Assembly: GCA_913049815.1 (NCBI GenBank)
Contig: CAJWYI010000001.1
Location: 9,700 to 73,699 of the forward strand
DNA: 64,000 nt
Source: an uncultured Gammaproteobacteria bacterium
GTDB taxonomy: Bacteria > Pseudomonadota > Gammaproteobacteria > Pseudomonadales > Azotimanducaceae
Direction of reading: 5' to 3'
This document shows, in pieces, positions 1-9,427 of this stretch (its first letter is position 1; each line of letters begins with the position of its first letter). A program made the position numbers and the translations under genes. The notes under the pieces were generated by a model. It did not search any database, had not been told where the DNA came from, and worked only from the letters and a program-made list of their open reading frames with translations.

Positions 1-393
1 GGCGAGCATATTAATCTCACGCCAATGTGGTTTGGCTGGGCTGGTGGCAAGGTATATATGACGGCACGCGGACAGAAGGTTGTCAATGTGCGTCAGAACA
101 GCAACTGTACATTGCTACTGGATCACAACGAGAAGTTCCCCGAACTCATGGGCATCATGATGCGCGCTACAGCTAAGGTACTGGAAAATAAAGCCACCGA
201 GGACGCAGATCCGCATCTTGCCGAAGCCCGGGTCCAGATGGGTGTAAAATACAACGGCGGTCATGGGGCACCACCCACAGATCCTCCAGTTCCGAACAAT
301 AGTACTGCGAAAGGAAGCAACCGACGCTGGATCGTTATCACACCACGCAAAACGGTGACCTGGGACAATCACAAACTGGATCGCATCCGATAA
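1..393 (+). CDS. PPOX-class (pyridoxamine 5'-phosphate oxidase-like, flavin/F420-binding split-barrel) family protein; 5' end outside the window
   Basis: The frame of ORF 25..393 stays open back to base 1 (GEHINLTP precedes the first Met). Small soluble protein with the WFxW.GGKVY...KV.NV...CTLLLD pattern I associate with this family. Family call is from memory. Confidence 0.5.
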   Translation, partial: GEHINLTPMWFGWAGGKVYMTARGQKVVNVRQNSNCTLLLDHNEKFPELMGIMMRATAKVLENKATEDADPHLAEARVQMGVKYNGGHGAPPTDPPVPNNSTAKGSNRRWIVITPRKTVTWDNHKLDRIR

Positions 394-498
394 CAACCCT
401 GGTGGCCGGCTCGACGCTTGTTCTTGGGCACAGTCCATGTGACGATTACGCCCCCCCCCTTTTAAATCAAGAATTCCAAGAGTAACAAGGAGAGCGCA

Positions 499-975
499 AT
501 GGGTTTCGCACTATCTGATATACAACTGACCAGTACCGCGTTTGCGACCGGCAGCAGCATTCCTTCAAAACACACGGGCGAGGGCGTGGATGTATCACCC
601 GAACTCAGTTGGTCCAATGCACCAGAAGGCACCAAAGCGTTTGCAGTGATCTGTCACGATCCCGATGCACCGCTGGTCACGCCCAGAACGTACGGGTATG
701 TCCACTGGGTGCTATACAATATTCCAGGCGATATCAGTTCTCTACCAGAAGCCGTCGATCAGTACACATCCGGCAACAGTGATTTTGGGAAGCCTGGCTA
801 CGGTGGCCCAATGCCTCCTGAAGGACACGGGGTCCATAACTACTTCTTCTGGATCCTCGCGCTCGATTCAGATGCGCCTCTTCCCGACGGATTGTCCATG
901 TGGGATCTTCTGGAAGAAATCGAACCGAATCTGATCGGTATGAATCGGTTGGTAGGCACCTACCAACGTGATTGA
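499..975 (+). CDS. YbhB/YbcL family Raf-kinase-inhibitor-like (PEBP) protein
   Basis: 158-aa ORF with an AAGGAG Shine-Dalgarno (SD) sequence 7 nt upstream. Carries PEBP hallmarks: CHDPDAP and YVHWVLYNIP. Confidence 0.85.
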   Translation: MGFALSDIQLTSTAFATGSSIPSKHTGEGVDVSPELSWSNAPEGTKAFAVICHDPDAPLVTPRTYGYVHWVLYNIPGDISSLPEAVDQYTSGNSDFGKPGYGGPMPPEGHGVHNYFFWILALDSDAPLPDGLSMWDLLEEIEPNLIGMNRLVGTYQRD

Positions 976-1023
976 GCGCACACTCTCCTTCACTCACGAC
1001 TAATCGACAGTAGAGAGCGAGAC

Positions 1024-2208
1024 ATGGAAGGCACGGTCACACCTGGCTTCGAATCAGTCGGGGACGTACTCGAAACAGCGATCACCAACAAACTTGAATA
1101 TGGTGCCTCCTTCACCGTCTACCTTGAAGGTGAATGTATCGTCGATATCTGGTCAGGTGAAGCCGAAGCGGGTAAACCCTGGCAGTCAGACACAATGACT
1201 AATGTGTTTTCGTGCGGTAAAGGTGCCACTGCGTTCTGTGCACAACTGCTCTACGACCGGGGTCAGTTGGATGTCGAAGCCAGGGTTTCGAGCTACTGGC
1301 CCGAGTTCGCACAAGCAGGGAAAGATCAAGTGACTGTGCGCATGCTGTTGAACCACACCGTGGGCCTACCTGAGTTGCCTCGTCCTGAAGGAGATGAGGC
1401 AGGCCGCATGCGTGAGATCCAGCTTGACCACGTACGATGCGCAGCGATACTTGCAGAGGCTTCGCCACAATGGAAACCAGGTGACCACGCCGCTTACCAC
1501 TCTCTCACTTACGGCTGGCTCGTTGGGGAAGTCGTCAGACGTATCAGCGGACAGAGCCTGGGCGAGTTCTTTCGCGCAGAGCTTGGGGACCCCTTGGGTC
1601 TAGATTTCCACATTGGACTTCCCGATGCATGCCAGGAGCGCATGAGCGACATCCGCCCGCAGGCACCTGACCGCGGTGCCTTGAAGAAATGGCTCGATCA
1701 GATGAAAGATGAACAACCGGATCAGTTCAGAAATGCGACGGTTGCGGGAATCGTTGAACAACAAAGACGACAGTTGGACTGGTTTAATGAACCGGCGACG
1801 AGACGTGCACAAATTCCGGCGGCGAACGGGAGCGCTAACGCTCGCGGACTTGCGCGACTATATGCGCCATTGTCCTGCGAAGGCCGATTTGAGGGAAAAC
1901 AGTGGGTATCGCCGGAGTCCATCGAGTACTTCAATACACCCAATCCCATTCAGATCGATTTTGGCAACATGACACCCGTTTGCCTTGGATATATGGGAGT
2001 CGCGCCACAGCGGCCCGAGATGGGCGCCGGCCTGAGATCTTTCGGACATGAGGGTATGGGTAACAGCATGGGATTCGCCGATCCCGATCACCGGTTAGCT
2101 ATCGGCTTCGTGCACAATCAGCTCAACGATGGTCAGACCCGAAACGCCATCATCCAACAGGTCTATTCATGTATTGAGAAGATGCCGCGGACCTCGGTGG
2201 ACGCCTGA
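1024..2208 (+). CDS. serine hydrolase of the beta-lactamase/transpeptidase-like fold (class C / EstB esterase-like)
   Basis: 394-aa ORF with an S-x-x-K nucleophile motif (FSCGKGAT) near the N-terminus and the typical length for the family. Confidence 0.8.
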   Translation: MEGTVTPGFESVGDVLETAITNKLEYGASFTVYLEGECIVDIWSGEAEAGKPWQSDTMTNVFSCGKGATAFCAQLLYDRGQLDVEARVSSYWPEFAQAGKDQVTVRMLLNHTVGLPELPRPEGDEAGRMREIQLDHVRCAAILAEASPQWKPGDHAAYHSLTYGWLVGEVVRRISGQSLGEFFRAELGDPLGLDFHIGLPDACQERMSDIRPQAPDRGALKKWLDQMKDEQPDQFRNATVAGIVEQQRRQLDWFNEPATRRAQIPAANGSANARGLARLYAPLSCEGRFEGKQWVSPESIEYFNTPNPIQIDFGNMTPVCLGYMGVAPQRPEMGAGLRSFGHEGMGNSMGFADPDHRLAIGFVHNQLNDGQTRNAIIQQVYSCIEKMPRTSVDA

Positions 2209-2930
2209 AGGTCTATCAGAAGTTCCATCGCCTGCGTACCTGCACGCAAAGCGCAAAGACGTCGCAAGGTTCAGCGCATCGCATAGGATCAGCGGACGAC
2301 TCAATGGTCTCTCTTCAAGCAGAAATTCACCACCGACAAGGATATGGACAACGTGGGTCACGTCGTACCTGCATTTAACCAACTTCGAAAAATTCTCCGT
2401 TTATCAACTGAGTGGACCACGGCGACCATCCGATTCAGAGACGGTTTGCTGCGAAGCCGTATTTTTCCTATTCACGACAATCGCCGTGAAATGAAAGAAA
2501 CCGCTCACTTCGAAAACCAGACGGTCAGTCGTGTCAACGATGAATTCACTAACGACATTGCGTACCAGGGTCTTAAGGAGACCCCGAAGGAGAAGGAGGC
2601 ACTACTCCCCGAGCTGAACCTGGTTCTTTAACAATTGAAACAGGATGCCGCCGGAGACAACCTCGATGGCGTCCACCTATTGAAAATTGAGTTCCTTCAA
2701 TATGCAAAGAATGCACTAACAGATAAAGTTACGTCGCTGCATGTATGGAAGCTTGCGCCCGGCTATCTGACTTCGGCTCCGCCAGTCTGACGCACAGGTC
2801 CATCTCACATAAGAATTCCCCTCAGAACCCTGCCGTTGACGGGGACACTGGAACCAAGCAGTATCGGGCCACAGCAATTTTGTAGTGATCCCTGTCTCAG
2901 ACACATCACTGCAACAGGCAGGGGGAGTCA

Positions 2931-4877
2931 ATGTTTACGGACCGGAAACACCGGCGCGGCCTGACCGCGTGGCTGGTCCCAATGCTCCTGGGCGTCTCGG
3001 CGGTTTCCGTCGCCGCAGACGATGCAGTCTCTTCTATGCCTGATTCGTGGTTCGAGATACCCAAAACCGCATCTGAGGTTGGCATTACCTCGTTTTCACA
3101 GAGTCCAATGCTGGATGATGCGGGGCTACCCCCGGTGAACGAAAGACTCCCTGACGATCCCCCCGTGATCGAACCATTGAACAACATTGGCGTCTTCGGC
3201 GGTCGCGCCCAGATAACGCTTGGCGATTCCTGGCAATTCTTCAACTGGGAATCGGCGCTCACCATCTCAGCTGACCTTCGGAACTTTCTGCCTAACCTTG
3301 CCGAGTCCTGGGAAGTCAGTCCTGATGGTCGCATCACCACGATCAAGTTGCGATCGGGTCTGAAATGGTCAGACGGTCATCCATTAACCAGTGATGACTT
3401 CATCTTCACCTTCAACCATATCTGGCTCGACACTGATATCAATCCCGTGACCTCAATGTTGGTAATTGGCGGCCGCATCGAAAAAGTCGATAACTTGACG
3501 TTCCGCTACGTCTTCGAAAATCCGAACCCAATGTTCGAGAATCTGATTGCCCAGTACGGCAGCTTTATGGTGGACCCCAAACACTTCTTCGTGAAATACC
3601 ATCCATCGTTTGCCGATCGGGAGTTCGTAGACGCCAAAGTTGATGAGATCGGTGTACCGACGTGGATGGCCCTGCTGGATGCACTAAGGAGCGCCATCAT
3701 CGATGAAGGTCTCGATATGCCAACGTTACGCTCCTACAAAATCGTTCAGCGGACCCCAACGATGGTGCGTTTTGATCGAAACCCCTACTACCACAAGGTC
3801 GATCCACAAGGTCAGCAACTGCCATATATCGACGGCATCGACGCTGAGGATATCCTAGATAACGCAGAAGTTGTCACCGCCAAAGCGTCAACGGGGCAGC
3901 TGGATTTTGCAGCTTTCACCCTTAGAACGCAGGACATTCCATTACTCAAACTGGGTGAGCGCAACGGCGAAATCAAGGTCCATATCTGGCGAAGATTGCA
4001 TTCCAGCGATGTCGCCATCCAGCCCAACTACAACTATGCCGACGCGAAGTATCGTGCGTTGCTATGGGATGTACGATTCCGCAAAGCGCTTTCACTCGCG
4101 ATCAATCGGCCTGAAATGAACGAGATCATCTATTTTAGCCGCGGCGTCCCCCGGCAGGTGACCGTTCACCCCACCAGCTCATATTTTGAACCTCATTACG
4201 CAACCGCCCATACCGAATTTGATCCAGACCAGGCGCGGGCACTGTTTGCTGAGATTGGCCTCAAAGATATCGATGGCGACGGACTTGTCGAATACCCAGA
4301 CGGAAGCCCGCTCACCATCACGCTCGAGTTCCTAGATTTTGAAACGCCCAAAGGTATCACCATGGAACTGGTGGCCAGCTATTGGCGTGAGGTCGGTCTC
4401 GATCTTCGTCTTAAACTCGTCGACCGCGCCCTGCAATCTGCCCGAGCGCAGGCCGGTGAAATGCAGATGACGCTTTGGCATGCGGATCGCGTCACGGACA
4501 TTCTTTTCCCACTGGTTCCCGATTGGTGGGCACCCCGTTCAACCGGTTGGGACCGTGGCATGTGGAATGACTGGGCGCGCTACTACCAGACAGATGGGGA
4601 GCTCGGTGAAAACCCACCAGAGATCATTCGTCAGATGCAGCAGTGGACTGATGATATGCGTTATGAAACAGACATTAACAAACGCATCGCCATCGGGAAA
4701 AAGCTGCTGCAAGCCAACGCCGACAATCTGTGGACCATCGGCACTATCGGTCTGGCGCCCCACCCTGTTGTCGTGAGTAAGCGGCTTCGAAACGTTCTGC
4801 CGAAAGGTATCTGGGGCTGGGACAACCGTTGGACCCTCGCCTATCACCCTTCAACCTGGTACTTCGATGAAGACTAA
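2931..4877 (+). CDS. ABC transporter substrate-binding protein, family 5 (peptide/nickel/opine type), secreted
   Basis: 648-aa ORF with a GGGGAG SD and an N-terminal signal-like segment (LVPMLLGVSAVSVAA). First gene of a five-gene importer operon. Confidence 0.9.
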   Translation: MFTDRKHRRGLTAWLVPMLLGVSAVSVAADDAVSSMPDSWFEIPKTASEVGITSFSQSPMLDDAGLPPVNERLPDDPPVIEPLNNIGVFGGRAQITLGDSWQFFNWESALTISADLRNFLPNLAESWEVSPDGRITTIKLRSGLKWSDGHPLTSDDFIFTFNHIWLDTDINPVTSMLVIGGRIEKVDNLTFRYVFENPNPMFENLIAQYGSFMVDPKHFFVKYHPSFADREFVDAKVDEIGVPTWMALLDALRSAIIDEGLDMPTLRSYKIVQRTPTMVRFDRNPYYHKVDPQGQQLPYIDGIDAEDILDNAEVVTAKASTGQLDFAAFTLRTQDIPLLKLGERNGEIKVHIWRRLHSSDVAIQPNYNYADAKYRALLWDVRFRKALSLAINRPEMNEIIYFSRGVPRQVTVHPTSSYFEPHYATAHTEFDPDQARALFAEIGLKDIDGDGLVEYPDGSPLTITLEFLDFETPKGITMELVASYWREVGLDLRLKLVDRALQSARAQAGEMQMTLWHADRVTDILFPLVPDWWAPRSTGWDRGMWNDWARYYQTDGELGENPPEIIRQMQQWTDDMRYETDINKRIAIGKKLLQANADNLWTIGTIGLAPHPVVVSKRLRNVLPKGIWGWDNRWTLAYHPSTWYFDED

Positions 4878-4904
4878 TTCAAACCGTCACTCGAGGAACC
4901 TTTA

Positions 4905-5888
4905 TTGAGAGCGTACGTCATCAAACGCGTGTTCGGAATGATCCCGACACTGATCCTGATTTCGGGCCTGATCTTCATCGTCATCCAGCTGCCTCCTGGC
5001 GACATCGTCACTTCGACACTGGATCGCATGCAGTCCCAGGGACTGGAGGTCTCCGCCGAGGCTGTTGCCAACCTACGCGCTCAATACAACCTCGATCAGC
5101 CGCTCCTTATCCAGTATGTTCGCTGGATTGGTGGGTTCCTTATCGGTGATATGGGGTACTCGTACCTGTTTACACGACCCGTGTCCGAGCTTGTCTGGGA
5201 ACGCCTCGGTTACACACTGATGATTACCGTGTCGTCTCTGATTTTTACCTGGGCGATCGCCATACCTGCGGGCATCTACTCTGCTGTTCGTCAGTACTCG
5301 TTTGTTGACTATCTCATCACCACCATCATGCTTGTTGGTCTCGCAACGCCCAGTTTTCTGCTCGCTCTGATGGCGATGTATGCAGGTTATGAACTATTTG
5401 GGATCAGTATCGGTGGTCTATTTTCGCCAGAGTATCGAGACGCCCCATGGTCTTTTGCCAAACTCATGGACTTCCTGAGCCATTTGTGGATCCCGATGGT
5501 GGTCCTGGGGCTAGGTGGGACCGCATCCACCATGCGGATTCTTCGCGCAAACCTCCTTGATGAGCTCAGCAAACCGTATGTGGTCACAGCACGTGCCAAA
5601 GGCGTTAAACCGCTGAAGTTGCTTTTCAAGTATCCACTTCGAATTGCCATAAACCCATTCATCAGCACGATCGGATTGCTCATGCCTGCATTGATATCCG
5701 GGGAAGCTATCGTTTCTATTGTGTTGGGGCTACCAACGATTGGGCCAGCCCTCATCCAGGCGCTTATTGCCCAGGACATGTATCTAGCAGGTAGTTTCCT
5801 GATGTTGCTGGCAGTGCTGACCGTTCTCGGCATGCTCCTGTCTGATCTGCTCCTCGCTTGGGCTGATCCGAGGATTCGATATGAATAA
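4905..5888 (+). CDS. ABC transporter permease (DppB/OppB-like)
   Basis: 327-aa polytopic ORF with a TTG start and a GAGGA SD. Carries the typical N-terminal Y(V/I)xKR motif of the DppB family. Confidence 0.9.
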   Translation: MRAYVIKRVFGMIPTLILISGLIFIVIQLPPGDIVTSTLDRMQSQGLEVSAEAVANLRAQYNLDQPLLIQYVRWIGGFLIGDMGYSYLFTRPVSELVWERLGYTLMITVSSLIFTWAIAIPAGIYSAVRQYSFVDYLITTIMLVGLATPSFLLALMAMYAGYELFGISIGGLFSPEYRDAPWSFAKLMDFLSHLWIPMVVLGLGGTASTMRILRANLLDELSKPYVVTARAKGVKPLKLLFKYPLRIAINPFISTIGLLMPALISGEAIVSIVLGLPTIGPALIQALIAQDMYLAGSFLMLLAVLTVLGMLLSDLLLAWADPRIRYE

Positions 5889-5912
5889 GATCCGTATTAT
5901 GAAGGGTCGGGT

Positions 5913-7064
5913 ATGAGTGATGTGACCATCAACCCAGCACCGGCCATCGCGGCAGATCTCGGCACCGATACACTGCAAGAAATCTCCCCACGCCAACTCG
6001 CCTGGATCCGATTCAAGCGCCATCGACTGGCAATGGTCTCCGCCGGATTCCTGATCGCCATGTATCTGATTGCAACGTTCTGTGAATTCATTTCTCCCTA
6101 CAACACCGATACGCGCAATGTGAAAGCCATCAATGCGCCGCCGATGTCGATCCACTTCTTCGATCGCGAAGGTACCTTTCATCTACGCCCGTTTGTCTAC
6201 GGTTATCACATGGAGGTGAACCCCGACACCTGGATGCGCGAGTACAGCGAGAATACCGAAGAGATGTATCCCATCTACTTTTTTGAAACTGGCGAAAGCT
6301 ATGAGATGTGGAGTCTGTTCAAAGCGAAAACCCATCTGTTCACGACCCGGGAAGGCTACATCCACGTGTTTGGTACAGATCAACTGGGACGCGACATGTT
6401 CACCCGCGTGTTCTATGGCGCACGGATTTCGATGTCCATCGGTGTGGTGGGGGTCATGCTGACATTGTTTTTTGGCGTGCTGATTGGCGGGATCGCGGGC
6501 TACATGGGAGGTATTGTCGATCGGGGGGTGCAACGCATTATTGAGGTCTTGCTGTCGCTACCCACTTTGCCGTTCTGGATGGCGCTGTCGGCAGCGTTAC
6601 CGGTCGAGTGGTCTTCACTGATGGTCTATTTTGGGATCACTATCATTCTCTCGTTGTTTGGATGGCCAGGTCTTGCAAGACAGGTCCGCGGAAAATTCCT
6701 CGCCCTTCGCGAAGAGGATTTTGTCATGGCCGCAAGACTGCTCGGGGCAGGTCGATTGCGCGTGATCTTCAAACACATGATGCCCAGCTTCACGAGCCAC
6801 ATCATCACGACCGCCACGCTCGCAGTTCCGGGCATGATCCTGGGCGAAACCGCGCTCAGTTTTCTGGGTATCGGGCTCCGTCCCCCCGTAGTGAGTTGGG
6901 GTGTACTAATGCAACAGGCTCAGAATTATCAGGTGATTGTCATGACACCCTGGCTGATGATTCCAGGACTTTTCGTCGTGCTCACTGTGATCGCGTTCAA
7001 CCTTCTTGGTGATGGCTTACGAGATGCCGCAGACCCCTACAACACCGGGGGGAATCGGGACTGA
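5913..7064 (+). CDS. ABC transporter permease (DppC/OppC-like)
   Basis: 383-aa polytopic ORF. The C-terminal LGDGLRDAADP motif is typical of the family. Confidence 0.9.
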   Translation: MSDVTINPAPAIAADLGTDTLQEISPRQLAWIRFKRHRLAMVSAGFLIAMYLIATFCEFISPYNTDTRNVKAINAPPMSIHFFDREGTFHLRPFVYGYHMEVNPDTWMREYSENTEEMYPIYFFETGESYEMWSLFKAKTHLFTTREGYIHVFGTDQLGRDMFTRVFYGARISMSIGVVGVMLTLFFGVLIGGIAGYMGGIVDRGVQRIIEVLLSLPTLPFWMALSAALPVEWSSLMVYFGITIILSLFGWPGLARQVRGKFLALREEDFVMAARLLGAGRLRVIFKHMMPSFTSHIITTATLAVPGMILGETALSFLGIGLRPPVVSWGVLMQQAQNYQVIVMTPWLMIPGLFVVLTVIAFNLLGDGLRDAADPYNTGGNRD

Positions 7065-8020
7065 TGGTCGACAACCTTCTAGAAATCAGAGATCTTGCCG
7101 TTGAGTTCGGAACAGACATCGGCACGACATACGCTTTGCGAGAGGTCAGTTTTGATGTTCCCCGCGGCAAAGTCACGGCCATCGTCGGCGAATCAGGTTC
7201 CGGTAAATCAGTGACCGCAAACTGCATTATGAGATTGATCCAGTCACCGGGTCGCATTACTGGCGGACAGATACATTTTTCTCCCAATGATGTAACGGCG
7301 TACGACATTGCCGCGCTGCCAGATAAAGATCCACGACTTCTGGATCTTCGAGGCGGTTCTGTGAGTATGGTCTTTCAGGAACCCATGACCGCCTTATCAC
7401 CTGTCTATACGGTGGGCAACCAGGTGGCCGAGGCGATTCTCTGCCACCGCAAGGTAAGCAAGGAGGAAGCGCTCGAAGAAGCCGCTGACATGTTGCGTCT
7501 TGTCGGAATAGACGATGTCGGACGCCGCATACACCAATACCCATTCGAATTCTCTGGCGGTATGCGACAACGTGTCGTTATCGCTATGGCACTAGTGTGC
7601 CATCCCCAGTTGTTGATCTGTGACGAACCCACTACGGCACTAGATGTCACGATACAGGCGGAAATACTTACATTGATCCGCGATCTGCAGAAAGACCTGA
7701 ACAACTCAGTACTGTTCATCACTCATGATCTTGGCGTCGTTGCGCAGATGGCAGACCAGGTCGTGGTTATGTATCAAGGTCGTGTACTAGAGGTGGGAAG
7801 TGTCAGACAGGTTCTGAAAACTCCCGTGCATCCTTATACTCGCGGACTGTTAGCCGCAATTCCGGGTCTTGCGACCAAAGGCGAACGATTGGCTACTATC
7901 GCGAGTGTCGTCGGTGATGCCGACTTGATCACCCCACATCCCTTAGTGACACTCGCGGACGGGCGCCAGGTGAGCCTGCCGTCTGATCAACTTGCGGCCC
8001 TGGAGCTAGCGAATGGCTGA
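7064..8020 (+). CDS. ABC transporter ATP-binding protein (DppD/OppD-like)
   Basis: Walker A GESGSGKS, signature FSGGMRQR, Walker B LLICDEPT. The start overlaps the permease stop (TGATG). Confidence 0.9.
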   Translation: MVDNLLEIRDLAVEFGTDIGTTYALREVSFDVPRGKVTAIVGESGSGKSVTANCIMRLIQSPGRITGGQIHFSPNDVTAYDIAALPDKDPRLLDLRGGSVSMVFQEPMTALSPVYTVGNQVAEAILCHRKVSKEEALEEAADMLRLVGIDDVGRRIHQYPFEFSGGMRQRVVIAMALVCHPQLLICDEPTTALDVTIQAEILTLIRDLQKDLNNSVLFITHDLGVVAQMADQVVVMYQGRVLEVGSVRQVLKTPVHPYTRGLLAAIPGLATKGERLATIASVVGDADLITPHPLVTLADGRQVSLPSDQLAALELANG

Positions 8021-8831
8021 CCCGTTGCTCGAAGTCACCGGACTCTACAAAAGCTTCGATGGTGCCGCCGCCGTTGACAATGTCAGCTTCACGGTAAGCG
8101 AATCCGAAACCCTCGGGATCGTCGGCGAATCAGGCTCTGGTAAAACCACACTCGCTCGTTGTGTATTGCGAGCGATCGACCCTGATCAGGGTATTGTGCG
8201 TTTTCGAACCTCTGACGGCGAGTGGACTGAACTGCACGATAAAACAGATGATGAACTAATTCCCCTGCGTCAACAAATGCAGATGGTGTTTCAGGACCCG
8301 TTTTCGTCACTCAATCCACGAATGACCGTACAGGAAATTCTAGAGGAACCACTCATCATCCACGGTATCGGTGACCGTTCTTCAAGACGTGTTGAGGTGC
8401 TCGATATTCTGGCGAAGGTCCAACTTGACCAGGATTCGCTGACCCGTTATCCACACGCGTTTTCAGGTGGTCAACGTCAGAGAATCGGTATCGCTCGAGC
8501 GCTCATTCTACGACCGAAGCTTGTTGTCTGTGATGAATCGGTATCGGCACTCGACGTCTCGGTCCAGGCACAGATAATCAACCTGCTCGAAGACCTACAG
8601 GAAGAATTCGGGCTTACCTATCTGTTTGTGGCCCACGACCTCTCGGTTGTGCATCACATCTGCGATCGCATTCTTGTGATGCACCAGGGTCGAGTTGTGG
8701 AACAGGGAACTGTCCAGGAGGTTTTCGAAAACCCCCAGGAGGACTACACCCGTTTACTGTTATCGGCCATCCCATCCCCAGATCCGGACGAGCCGCTTAA
8801 TCCGCTCGACCGGAAATCACTTGGGCTCTAG
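8013..8831 (+). CDS. ABC transporter ATP-binding protein (DppF/OppF-like)
   Basis: Walker A GESGSGKT, signature FSGGQRQR, Walker B LVVCDES. Overlaps the previous gene by 8 nt. Confidence 0.9.
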   Translation: MADPLLEVTGLYKSFDGAAAVDNVSFTVSESETLGIVGESGSGKTTLARCVLRAIDPDQGIVRFRTSDGEWTELHDKTDDELIPLRQQMQMVFQDPFSSLNPRMTVQEILEEPLIIHGIGDRSSRRVEVLDILAKVQLDQDSLTRYPHAFSGGQRQRIGIARALILRPKLVVCDESVSALDVSVQAQIINLLEDLQEEFGLTYLFVAHDLSVVHHICDRILVMHQGRVVEQGTVQEVFENPQEDYTRLLLSAIPSPDPDEPLNPLDRKSLGL

Positions 8832-9204
8832 CACGACCAAGAACTTTTACATGTCGCTTGCTGGTTTGGACCTGCTAAATTAAATCGAGCGTTATCGCCA
8901 CCCCCCCAACAGGGTTGTTGGATATTTTCGCCCCATAGCTTCACACTGTTGTACTGGAGCAGCTCACCGGTCAATGACCTCGCACCTCATTCTCCTGGGA
9001 TTCACTTTCGATCAGATAAGCTTCAGTGTCCGCCTGAGGACGTTTGGTGTTAGCGTCGACACCGCTGCCTATTAACGCGCTTGCGCCTTCTTAACATGTT
9101 GCCGGATTTGCCGCTCAACATTCTGAAGCTGCGCTTTTTAACGCTCCAATTGCTCCCGACGCGATTTGGTTTGAACCACCGCAGACATGACCACTGGCAG
9201 ACTT

Positions 9205-9224
9205 GTGTTATCTAGGAATAACAC
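9205..9224. promoter_or_regulatory. inverted repeat GTGTTAT-N6-ATAACAC, possible operator upstream of the ThDP enzyme gene
   Basis: Read directly from the sequence, about 200 nt upstream of the 9428 start. No regulator gene is adjacent, so the function is speculative. Confidence 0.25.
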
Positions 9225-9427
9225 GGTGTAAGAAATGACTCACTTTACATAGAGGTCGTCGCGAAACAGGGCTTCTATCATGGGAGTCTGCCTGACGCCA
9301 TAGAAGCCATAGGGGGACAATGGGATCGTAACTCAATCCAAACCAGAATCGCACGTGTTGGCCACGGACACCTATGTCGCGACGATGCTATATTCGCAGA
9401 TAAGTTCCTGTGTCCGATGGAGGCGCC

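Noticed and set aside
2344-2631. 95-aa ORF in the large spacer read as a real gene.
   Set aside because: It has no SD, no recognisable motif and no TM or signal features.
8990-9190. Coiled-coil fragment read as an IS3-family OrfA remnant, which would be evidence of a past mobile element.
   Set aside because: It has no helix-turn-helix part, no inverted terminal repeats and no OrfB or DDE remnant nearby. The resemblance is limited to a generic charged heptad pattern.
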